Source: Octopus bimaculoides
Taxonomy: Eukaryota
DNA: 64,000 nucleotides
Direction: 5' to 3'
Assembly (NCBI RefSeq): GCF_001194135.2
Contig: NC_068981.1
Location: 2,644,242-2,708,241 of the forward strand
In this document: positions 37,079 through 47,975 of the stretch, one piece after another
Numbering within the stretch: position 1 is the first letter of the stretch
How the letters are laid out: every line of letters starts with the position of its first letter
Position numbers and translations under genes: made by a program
The notes under the pieces: model-generated
The model's input: only the letters and a program-made list of their open reading frames with translations
Told to the model about the DNA's origin: nothing
The model's database searches: none

Positions 37079-37650
37079 ATGTGAAAATGAGTTATCTGCA
37101 CTGCAACGTCTTATTTATCATTTTCTATTGCTTTGATCTCAGGAAGAAATTCTGTTTTTATTTAAATATATCATCAATATTCTCATGTTGGTGTTTTACA
37201 AGCATTTTTAATTAGGGTGTGTTTTCATGATTATCTATCTATTTTTCTCTCTCCTTATCTCTTTTTACTAATTACTACATCTTATAAGCAGATACATTTT
37301 ATTTTTATTATTACATGTATATATAATTTTTATTAGTATTTGAAGGTATATTTGTACTTATTCAAATGCATGGATAAATATAGAAGTCTGGTAAAAAAAA
37401 AATTGGTGATAGGGAAGATAAAATGTTTTCTGTTACTTTTATCTTAAACAACTTTAAGGGATGTATTATAAAATATTGATGCAGAACCAGCCTCCTTATT
37501 AAATAGGATTGAACCTGTCTATATCAGATATGAAGGATGACTAATATGTACGAGAGTATATTTTTAGTGGTAGTTTTATGTTGAAATGTCAAATTTATTT
37601 TATATATATTACAGTTAATTTGCCTTTTTTGCAATAGTATGATGTACAGA

Positions 37651-37668
37651 TGGATGTGTGTGTGCGTG

Positions 37669-37710
<42 letters not shown>
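37651..37710 (+). repeat. (GT)n microsatellite
   Basis: Direct inspection; lies about 130 nt upstream of the candidate exon at 37839. Confidence 0.95.
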
Positions 37711-37716
<6 letters not shown>

Positions 37717-37838
37717 CAAAAGATGCATACCAAACAAATGTTCCAGACTTCATGAAACATTCCCACAGTATATTAGAACTTAGCTGTCTGAAGGAAAAAT
37801 TCTTAATCCAATATATATGTATTTTTTATTGTATGCAG

Positions 37839-37957
37839 GCAAGAATACTTTACAGGACAGAAAAAAGTCTCTCGGGAAATCTTTAACCCGAACATATGGA
37901 TTTAGATTGCCTAAAACATCAAAAGCTCTAAGAAAAACGCAGTCTTTAAAGATTAAG
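37839..37957 (+). CDS. Candidate coding exon (119 nt, phase 1 to 0), basic/Ser-rich peptide, in frame with the TPR exon
   Basis: T-rich tract + TGCAG| acceptor and AAG|GTACAG donor. Only one open frame: (G)KNTLQDRKKSLGKSLTRTYGFRLPKTSKALRKTQSLKIK. The phase-0 end joins 52488 in frame. Confidence 0.5.
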
Positions 37958-39484
37958 GTACAGTTAAATTGTTGACTTGGCTCAATAGTAGCACTTAACA
38001 ACAGTAATGCACAGTGTGTCTTACCAAAGTATTATACTTACTTTCTTTTTGAGTGTGTAGTCAGTTGTAGTACTGTAATATGCACTGCTTAATAATAACA
38101 AATAGCTAGTAAAGCACAATTAACATTGATGTTCCCAGAGATTGAAATTGTAGTGAATTTTAGTTGGAAGGAATTGTAATTATGAAAGATTTATTATATC
38201 TTATATTCTGATTTGAATTTTCTGTTTGGAATTTTGTATTAGGATTAAGACAGGCTTAATGATTACAATTTTATAATCACTGAGAATGTATTTATTGATA
38301 AGTTAATTAGTATATAAAAAAAAACAACAAATTATTGTTGTGTTAAGAAAGGTAGTTTTAAACACTCCCACACTTTGTAGTTATATATTTAATTCCTGAG
38401 TTATTTTTACCTTTTAGTACTGATCATTGTTTATACAAATTCAAAACTTATGCTGCCCATGGCCTAGCTTATATCCTCTGCATAGTGTTCAGTCCTTTTT
38501 TTTTCCAGTTGTAGAAACATGTAATTATATAAGTTCTCGCTAACCTTCCAAATGTCATTCAGTTGTAATTGTAACAATTAACCATTTGCACTTGAAACAC
38601 CTCAGTTTTCTCTCACTCTCACATCTACTAATGGCATTCTTTTTATGTCATGCACAGATGATATCTAGATAACTAGTTTGTTATGTTTGACATTAACCAA
38701 CATCTTGATTAATCCTTTTTGCAATGCAATTTCATTATCAAACTTTTACTATGAATTTTGCAATTAGGACCAGATACCCTGTAGATAGATACCCTCCACC
38801 CCATCCTCCAGTTTTGAATTATCTTAAAAACAACAGACAATAAATAGAAAAGCTATTTTTGTGAGTATTTACATGAACCTGGTATTAATTCTATATTTAT
38901 CAATTGGTTGAGCAGCACTCTTCAGCCACTCATTTACACTTAGTTTCCTCTTTGTCATGAAATGTGTGAACATGTATAATGTTCTTTATCTAGGCTAAAA
39001 CTGAAGGTGAAGTTACTAGTCTTTGCAACTGCCATGAGAAATAGGACATCTATGTAAATAATGGTTTCAAAGTTTGGCACAGGGCCTGCAGGTTTCGGAG
39101 GGGATGGGGGAAGTTGATTACATTGACATCGGTATGTGACTGGTACTTATTTTATCAATTCCAAAAGGATGTGAAAGGCAAAGTACAACTTATTTGTGAA
39201 ACAATGTATCTATGACTACATTACTGAATGCATTTTTACATTTTTTAAAATTGAATGAAGGATTTGAAGATTTGTCTACTTATTTCCAGCAGGCCAAGTG
39301 GCTACATAAAGGCTCCTTTGTTGGTTTTCAATGGGGTAGCTCAGTATCTCCTCTATAGTAAGACACATAACTTTATCTCTCTATTATACTCTAACCTCTT
39401 ACCTGGTACAAACCCACTTCTCTCTGTTCCACACTCTCTCCAAGCTGAGAGGTTTTTGTCTTGCAAGTTACTTGGTAACCCCTC

Positions 39485-39680
39485 TGGTGCTGGTGTCACA
39501 TAAAAAGCATCCAGTACACTCTGTAAAATGTTGGTGTTAGAAAAGGCATCCAGCTGTAGAAACCATGCCAAAGCAGACAGTGGAACCTGGTGCAGCTCTC
39601 TGGCTTGCCAGCTTCTGTCAAACTGTCCAACTCATGCCAGCATGGAAGATGGATGTTGATGATGATGATGATGATGAAGA
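39485..39680 (+). mobile_element. RTE-type 3'UTR fragment
   Basis: AAAGGCATCCAGCTGTAGAAACCATGCC...CATGCCAGCATGG..(GAT)n. Confidence 0.8.
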
Positions 39681-39682
39681 TG

Positions 39683-40100
39683 GAAGAATTGTTAGTGCAT
39701 TGGAAAAAAAGGTTAGCAGCATATTGTCTGAGTTCAAATCCTGCCACGAACAGCTTTGCCTTTCATCCTTTTGGAGTTGATAACATAAAGTACTAGTGAA
39801 GTATTGAGGTCGATATAATCAACTAACCACTTCCCTTAATAAAATTCCTGACCTTATGTCAAAATTTGAAACACTCTTATTATTTTCTGGTAAAATTGTT
39901 AGCATGCCAGACAAATGTTTAGTAGCATTTCATTTATCTCGACATTCTGAGTTTGAATTCTGCTGAGATGAGGTCAGTTTTGCCTTTCATTCTTTTAGGG
40001 CTAGTCAATTACATGGAACCCAGTTCAGCACTGGGACCAATATAATTGACTATCCCCTCCACCAAATTTCAGGCCCTGTGCCTGTAGTAGAAAATTATAT
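39683..40100 (+). mobile_element. Tandem pair of decayed SINE family A copies, directly after a (GAT)n tail
   Basis: Two units, each with AATTGTTAG.. TGAGTT.AA.TCC..TTTGCCTTTCAT. Confidence 0.7.
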
Positions 40101-42728
40101 TATTTTTTATTTGTTTATATATTTTTCACCTTGGAACAATGAAAGTCAACCTTGACATAGAACAAATCTAGAATGTAGAAGGATGGAATGGATGAAATAT
40201 TTTTTTGTAATCTTTTAGTCAGGAGAGAAGAGAGTGCTTATGACCCTTTCGAGGGTGTTTGAGACTGGTAGGAAGGGGGGCAGAATTTTAAACTGGTGAC
40301 TTGTCCCAAATGCCTGCAACTGAGTGCACTCTACTAATGACAACCAAGAAGCAGGTGGGTGGTGTTGAAGCAGGTGGTGATGTTAAAACAGGTGACAGAT
40401 TAAGTCTACATCCAAATAAACCATGGTGAGAGAATTTAAATTGAGAACACAAGGAGCTGGAATAAATACTATAAGGCATCCAATTTGATATTCTGAGAGT
40501 TTTGCAAAGCCACTGCTCTGGATTGGTACTTTTCTTTTTATCCCAAGAGGAGATAGTATTTGTTGTGGTATTTACTGTTTCTATCATATGCTTGTCTTTC
40601 AGTATTAATTAATAAATGGTTTCTAATATAGGCACAGGCATTCAAAGTTTAGTGGAAAGGTATAGTTGATCTAATCAACCTTAGTGATTGACTGGTACTT
40701 ATTATTAGTCAATTTGTTAACATTTAACCCTCTGAAACTGTAACAAAAGAGTTAATCCCAAATCTTGAAAACTAAGTACAAAAATGAATGATGACTTATC
40801 TGGGCTAATACAAAACAGCCCACTATTTTATAAGGAAGTGGAAATGGTTGATTTTATGGACATTTTATTGACTTATGTCATAACCTTTTGTTCTCAAACA
40901 ATACTTAACTGAAATCATCAAATGGTTATTGAGGCTTTAATGCTATTATCAGGTTGCTGTTCCAATTACTTTTGTTTCTTATTCGACAGCTATCTAACTA
41001 TTTATATGTTTTGCTCACCTACAACTGAGATAACAAACATTCCTTATGAGTCAGAGGGAAAATTTGAGCCATTTGTTGAACATTTGAATTGTTGGCTAGT
41101 TCAGCTTTATACCTTTTTGAGTACAGTTTTTACTGAAAGCTGTTTCTTTGACAGATGTAACATTGTTGATTTTTTTTTATTAAAAAAACCAAATTTAACT
41201 CATTTTAAAATCCCCCCCCCCTTTTTTTTGTTTATTCTACACAGAAAAATACTTGGGAAAATTTATTTAGAATGTTAGTTTTGTAGATATTATCTGCTTC
41301 AGACTTGTTTAGCATAATATTTACAACCACAAAATCCATCCAACCCAATTTGTCATCATCATCATTTAATGCCTGGTTTTGCACCGTTCTTCTATACTGA
41401 CTTACCTACTTATTTTTTGCAATGACTATTTCTGTTGAAATTCCTTATCAAGCAGCCCCACCAATAAATTTCGTACTTGTTTCACAGCAGTTATTGTATA
41501 CTTCAAAGCAAATATACTTGAAATATAAAATTTCTGTGAAAACTGCCATAGTATTTTATGTCTATTTATCGTTCTTATCATTAATAATCATTACACTTGA
41601 TTTAGCTTTGAATTAAAAGAAAGGGCAAATAAAAAAAAAACTTTGTACCTTTTTCACCTCATGGCTAAGGTATAAAACAAAAAAGTATTTTTGTTCAATC
41701 ATTATATTTTCTGAATCTTAGATTTATGGAGATATTTAAAATGGGTATTCCGCTCAATTTTCATTTAGCAATGAAAATTTATGTTGTATTTCTTTTTATT
41801 TTATGTGATCAAAATTTTCTACAACATGCCATTATCGAATTTTCTCATAAAATACTTTCCTATTATATTTCTTTTATTTTTATTAGACCATCTCTGCTTG
41901 TTGTTTGACAGGCTTTGAGAATAATTTCTGAAAGGACTGAGATGGGGGGTTTTTTGTTGTTTTTTTTTTAAATTTTTCTCTTCCTCTCCAATGAAAACCC
42001 TAATCTCTATTTTGAATTTTTGTTTATTAACTTACTTTTCACAAGTGCCACAAATAGTAAGGTACCTAAGAAAATCAGTGTTTTTCGGCCTTTTAAGAAT
42101 GGTGACACTAAAAGAGGAAACAACACTTCAGACATGTAATTTTTATGAATTAATTATCATATAGCTGTTGAATGTAATGTAATCAGATTGTGAAAGTAAG
42201 CATGAATGATCACAATAGGTAATGAATGTTAATCTGCTCATGTGAAAAATATTCTGACCTCAGATAAATTATATTGAGACACCTGTATTATTTTGTGACA
42301 CGCAGGTGGAAAATGACTTACACCTTTTAGTTTTCACTTGCTATATTCAGTATTCAAATCCTGCAACGGTCAACTTTACCTTTCATCTCTCTATGGTTGA
42401 TGTAAGAAGGTAGTGTATTCAGAATCATTAGCTTGACTAAATCTCTTACTTTTTAAATAGGTAGAACTGTCTCATTGTGAGAAAGAAATTTTTATTATAG
42501 TTAATCCCTCCACACATACTTAAACACACTTCTTTTTATTCATTGATGTTTATTGGACTGGTCATGCTGGAGCATTTCCTTCAAAAGTCTTTTGATTGTA
42601 TTAACTCCAGCACTTCAGTCTGGTACTATTTTATCAATCTTTATTGAAATTACACTAAATTACAAGACATAAGCAGATGCAATATAACAACACCTGTTTT
42701 TTTAGACCAGTGTAAGAATAAACACACA

Positions 42729-42762
<34 letters not shown>

Positions 42763-43719
42763 TCTGCACAGTTTTCATCTACCAAATCTCCAAATATTCC
42801 ACTCATAAGACATTAGTTATAGTAGATTTTGTTTGTACTGTGAGGTTGGACTCAGAATTACATGATGACATTCAGAACCTCCTAACCACAAACCCATACA
42901 CATACAGAGTAAAGAAAGAAAGAGAAAAAATTTTCTTTTGGAGCCTTCTTTCCCTGTTTCTGGATGTTTCCACCCCAGGCTTGTTTTTCTTTGGTGGTGG
43001 AACTCTGATCATTTCTCTGCATTCTTTTCGAAACAATCGGTTTCTGTCACCTCTCCTTGTGTTTGCTGTGAGTTATTGAAGCATACTTCACATTTGTTGG
43101 ATTGAACTCATTCCATCTTACAACTAAAATGTCACTGAATCTCTTGCTTCTAAATGAGTTTACTTTTTACATTTCCTGTATTTTGTTGATGGGTTTCCAG
43201 CTTTTACAAGTATGGCTATGTGGATAAGAGGTTTGCTTTACAACTGTTTGGTTTTTGGTTTTGAATTCAATCTCATTGTATGACACCTGGTAACTGTATT
43301 CTCTCATATCTTTTAGTTGATTAAGACCCTATGAGTGAACACTTTTGTAGGTGGAAATTGTATGGAAGCCAAGTGGAAGAACCTTTCTTGTTCTTGGTTG
43401 GTTGACTTAATCTGTCACCCTTGGGTGCCTTTGGCCAAGTATATTTTGTTGCAAGTATTTAGGCAAGGTCTCAGGATTAACATAACTTCTTCCCTTCCTT
43501 GCAGCAGTCTAAGGATCTTCTCTCACTGAGCATCAACAACAACAACAACAATAATAATAATAATAAAGATTAGGCAGGACATTTCATTTTGTGATTAACA
43601 ATTTCGCCTTGCTGCTCTAAACATTTGTTAATCATTTTGTGTCCTGTAATTTTGAAATCAATTTCCTGCTTTTATTTTTCTCCATTATCCAAATACACCC
43701 CATATTGATTCATACTTCT

Positions 43720-43850
43720 TTATATTTCTTGTAGTTTTTGGTTCAGTCTCACTGTATGGCACCTTGAGCAAGTGTCTTCTACTGTAATCTCAGGTCAATT
43801 AAAGCCTTGTAAGTGGATTTGGTTGATAGAAACTGATAGAAACTCCATTC
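43720..43850 (+). mobile_element. SINE family B 5' fragment
   Basis: GGTTCAGTCTCACTGTATGGCACCTTGAGCAAGTGTCTTCTACT..AAGCCTTGTAAGTGGATTTGG. Confidence 0.7.
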
Positions 43851-43890
43851 AATGCACAGAAGCACGGGGAAGTTTATTATCGGTATTATC

Positions 43891-44096
43891 AAGGCAGCAA
43901 GCTTGCAGAATCGTTACCATGCCTGGCAAAATGCTTAGGAGCATTTCATCCATCATTCTGATATGAGTTCAAGTTCCACTGAGGTCAAATTTGCCTTCTG
44001 AGGTCGATACAATAAGTACCAGTTGAGCACTGGGGTTGATGTAATTGACTTGCTCCTTTCCACAAAATTGCTGGCTTTGTGCCAAAATTTGAAACC

Positions 44097-44100
<4 letters not shown>
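43891..44100 (+). mobile_element. SINE family A copy with (ATT)n tail
   Basis: AAGGCAGCAAGCTTGCAGAATCGTT...GTGCCAAAATTTGAAACCCATTATT. Confidence 0.8.
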
Positions 44101-44145
<45 letters not shown>

Positions 44146-44146
44146 G

Positions 44147-44207
<61 letters not shown>
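44098..44207 (+). repeat. Compound microsatellite (ATT)n(ACT)n(ACC)n
   Basis: Direct inspection; it is the tail of the SINE at 43891. Confidence 0.97.
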
Positions 44208-44629
44208 CTAGACTTTACAGATGATATAATGCTTGTCAAAAATAATATCAAAAATAAATTTAACATGCAGGACTTGCCAACTGAGTAGAATATACTTATT
44301 AGATGTTCTCAACAAAGTTAGTGTATGGAACATACCTCAGAGATATATTCTTTTAGTCATATTGTTGATATTCATAATCAGTGTTACTGCATTCATATCA
44401 TCATCATCTATCTGCTTTCTATGCTGGCTTGGGTCCAATTCAGTTCTTATTTGTAGTTACTACCCTCTTAGATGGGTTGGAAAATCATGTCTAGCTCATA
44501 TGTTTCATATTTGGCATGGCTGAATGCCCTTCTTTCATAAATTATTCTGCAAAAACATACTTGCTGCATTTTATCATGATACCAGCACTGGAAAAGTTGC
44601 TACCTCTCCATTCATTTGCTATGGATATG

Positions 44630-44985
44630 GAGTGGCAGACTGGGTCTAAAAATATTGGTTGCCAGGAGACTAAGGGAGCTCATCTGCAACAAGGGGCCCC
44701 ACCTGTAACTACAAGGGGGCCCACCCACAACTACAAGGGGGCCCACCCACAACTACAAGGGGGCCCACCCACAACTACAATGCTATCATTTATTTATTTT
44801 TGCTTGTTAAAAGTATTCTTTTGAACTGTCTACAAACACAGCCAGGCTGAAATAACTAAAGCATTCTTCCAGGAGTGAATAGAAAATTCTCAAACTTGAG
44901 GAGATGGGCCCCCATATATGGACTCTAATGGTGCAGAGGCCTACTTGTCATTGGGTAAGCTAGCAACCTGGCCAGTCTGCCACTG
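44630..44985. mobile_element. hAT-type MITE with perfect 8-bp TSD and internal 22-bp minisatellite
   Basis: TIRs (G)AGTGGCAGACTGG / CCAGTCTGCCACTG. TSD TGGATATG at 44622-44629 and 44986-44993. Confidence 0.88.
44707..44780 (+). repeat. 22-bp minisatellite (AACTACAAGGGGGCCCACCCAC) x3.4
   Basis: Identical units start at 44707, 44729 and 44751; a partial unit starts at 44773. Confidence 0.95.
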
Positions 44986-45989
44986 TGGATATGTTTTATT
45001 GTAAAACTGGCATTAGTGAGATGGTCGTGTATCATGTAAATCTAAAGAATTTTTACTACTCTGATATAGTTGTATTCATTAGGTAACATGTTCAAGAATG
45101 TGATTAGAAGAAAGGGTGATGACAAATGAATCAAGAAGGGTAGATGAAGGTTGCAAGAGAGTAGAGAGTGATGGATTAAGGGAGATTAATAGAAGTGTCG
45201 ATGGTTGATGATAAATAGGAGTGGAAATGGTATGAGTGAGTCAATAGTATGTGGCTGTGGGAAGAAGGGGTGGGGATGAGTAACAGTACAGAAACAGTGA
45301 TGGTATGTAATTATGGATTCTGCCTTTAATTAATATTGCAGAATAACATGGCAAATAGAAGAGAAGGTGAGTGGAGAGAAGGTGATGCTTCATTGAGGAA
45401 ATATAAGACCAAAGCATGTAGGTTGCTTCCACCTGTAGGCTTTGAAGACAAAAATCATCTCATGTCTGTATTGTGTATATTTTCTAGAAAGTTCAGTTGA
45501 CTGGTCTTATTGTAGTTATCTCCCTTGATTGTTGATTTTTGGATTTTAATCACCCTTAGAAGTACTTTTTGTCTACAGACTGTGGGAATGATCTTAGTTA
45601 ATCCAAATTTTTAAACTCACTATATTATATATGTGAAACCCACTTCATTTGTATTTAATACCCAGAATGTACCCCTGGTAATCTCTCTCAATCAGATTAG
45701 CAATATTAAGAAAATGTAGCTTTAAAGAAAAGATTGAAAAAAACCTTAGGAATTCTAGGCACTATTAATTGATTATATAGCTTATATAATGTTTGATGGA
45801 AACAAAGATAAGTCCTGAGGAATTCTGTTCATGTCAAATTTCTTACATACAAAACAAAACACATGAATTTTCTTACCAATATAATTAAATTTAGCTTATT
45901 TGATTTAGTATTTGCCTTAATTAAAAATAATCTCCAGTCTTTTTAAAAATTATATTGTCAACGATCTATACTATAATGAGCAAATTTGC

Positions 45990-46127
45990 ATTATTTACAT
46001 TTGACGGATATTTGTCCTCATCTCATTTGTTGTTAACACAACGTTTCGGCTGATATACCCTCCAGCCTTCATCAGGTGTCTTGGGGAAATTTCAAACCTG
46101 GATTCTCATTCCTAAAGTATTTTTTGA

Positions 46128-46185
<58 letters not shown>

Positions 46186-46235
46186 TTTCTTCAAGTCACT
46201 GCTTGGAATCAAACTCTGAATCTTGGAGTTAGTAG
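45990..46235 (-). mobile_element. Short inverted arm of dimer B with an intact hammerhead motif
   Basis: Reverse complement of the 46237-46490 arm, head truncated at GTTAGTAG. Left TSD TGAGCAAATTTGC at 45977-45989. Confidence 0.85.
46035..46080 (-). ncRNA. Minimal type I hammerhead ribozyme motif (Penelope-type), intact copy
   Basis: G-ACAC-CUGAUGA-A-GGCUG-(GAGGGUAUAU)-CAGCC-GAA-ACGU-U-GUGU-U. Stem I ACAC/GUGU, core CUGAUGA, 5-bp stem II, GAAA, palindromic ACGU helix III, NUH = GUU. Activity untested. Confidence 0.7.
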
Positions 46236-46236
46236 T

Positions 46237-46523
46237 CCATGGGCATATGGTGTAGTGGTTAAGAGCGCAGGCTACTAACCCCAAGATTCTGAGTTTGATT
46301 CCAAACAGTGACCTGAATAATAATAATAATGATAATAATAACATCGAAAAATACCTTAGCAATGAGAACCCATGTTCAAAATTTCCCCAAGACACCTGAT
46401 GAAGGCTGGAGGGTATATCAGCCAAAATGTTGTGTTAACAACAAACAAGATGAGGACAAACATCCACCGAATGTAAATAATGTAAATGTACATAATTCCT
46501 CATCTTTTAAATAGAGAACTGTT
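46237..46523 (+). mobile_element. tRNA-head/hammerhead element, full arm of dimer B
   Basis: A-box-like TGGTGTAGTGG 46248-46258, B-box-like GTTTGATTC 46293-46301, (AAT)n, decayed hammerhead 46391-46436, tail ...AAATAGAGAACTG. Right TSD TGAACAAATTTGC at 46524-46536. Confidence 0.85.
46391..46436 (+). ncRNA. Degenerate hammerhead copy (GAAACGT to AAAATGT, CpG-type decay)
   Basis: GACACCTGATGAAGGCTGGAGGGTATATCAGCCAAAATGTTGTGTT. Confidence 0.4.
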
Positions 46524-47689
46524 TGAACAAATTTGCTTATTAACCCCTTCATTGCAAAATTAAATTTCATCGTTATTCCAGTAATGATGTTAAATATCTA
46601 CCAAAAATAGAATTGGTATTTGCAGAAAGTCACATTGCCTCAGTAAACCTGACATACCTCAACAGAAATTAGTTTCAAACATGACATTCCTCAATAAAAG
46701 ATAGATTGCTATGTAAAACTGCTTTCTGCAGTTAAGAGTAATGAAACTTTGAGTGGTTATATCTGATTTCTGCAGTAAAAGAGTAACTTTTTACTAAAAG
46801 AAAGCAATTATTAAAGTCTACACTGTGTAGAAAATTCTTGAAAATTCTAATTTTCACATATTTTTATCAAAATGTGGTTTTTAAAATTGTTATATTATTG
46901 AGAATTTCAGCTAAATGATTCAGTTTTCTACAAGATAAAATCTTACTCTGTGAGATAACATTTTTTTAATGTCTTACTCCCTTCTCTCTCCATTTTTTTT
47001 TGTTTATTGCTTCTATTCCTTTGTCTTTCTCTATCCTTATAATCTTTCTTTGCTTCTTTTACTCTTATCCACAGTTTTTTCCTTGCAACACACTCTCTCA
47101 ACTGCCTCTGTTGATTTGTTTTCATTATAAATACATGATTACAAAGTTTTTCTTTCTGTTTAGCTCCTCTACTCCTCTCTCTCTCTTTCACTCTCTCTAA
47201 CCTTATAACTTTTCTTCTTTCACTCATCCTCTTTATAGTATTTTTTAATGCCTTACTCTCTTCTTTCTCTCTTTCCATTTCTTTGTGTCCTGCCCCTACT
47301 ATGACTAGTCTTTCTCTTTGTCTATCCTTATAACATTTCCTCTCTCACTCTTAGCCTCGGTTTCTTTCTTTGCAATGTGCTCTCTCTCTCCAATTATTTT
47401 CTTTAAAATCAAGGGATTACAAAGGTTTCCATTGAGATAATTTGAGAGTATTTGTGAGAATTTTTTACATTATATCTATTTATTATAAGAATTACATTGA
47501 ATTTCTTTATTTCAAGTTTTATTTGGTTATACACAAATGTGAAAATCATGGTCCTTTGAATAATGAAAGCCTTGGGTTAGTTTCTGTACCTGAATTGTCA
47601 GCTTTGTGTTTATTAAGTAATATATTGATTTCATTTAACATATTAAGTTGTTTGATAAGAGGAGGATGGAAGATTTGATGGGAGTGCTG

Positions 47690-47975
47690 GGGTTGGAGGA
47701 ATCAGTGGAATGGTTGGTATAGGCATGTGTTGAGGAGGGATGAAGAGCATGTTCTGAGGAAGGTGATTGCATTTGAGGTAAATGGAGCATGAAAGCGAGG
47801 TAGACCGAGAAAAAGGTGGAGGAAGAGATTGGGAGGGTTGGTTTGAAAAAGGAGGATACCCAAAACTGGGCAAGATGGTGTGAGGGTGGTTGCTATGGCA
47901 TTGAAGTAGATCCGGCCACCCCCGTTAACGGGGGAAAAAAACAGATTTAAAACACTGGATGATGATGATGATATT
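47690..47975 (+). mobile_element. 3' end of a second RTE family (ORF end + short 3'UTR + (GAT)n)
   Basis: WYRHVLRRDEEHVLRKVIAFEVNG..RGRPRKRW, then GATCCGGCCACCCCCGTTAACGGGG...CTGGATGATGATGAT. Confidence 0.75.

Noticed and set aside
36315-37215. Long ORFs (up to 273 aa) of LS/ER repeats
   Set aside because: Translation of the CT/GA microsatellite array; no coding signal.
41382-42104. Transib-like element (CACCGTTCTT / AAGAATGGTG)
   Set aside because: Only a 10-bp imperfect TIR, no 5-bp TSD and no transposase trace.
46241-46312. Functional tRNA gene (anticodon ACT)
   Set aside because: No convincing acceptor stem or Pol III terminator, and it is embedded in a repeat; treated as a SINE-like head.
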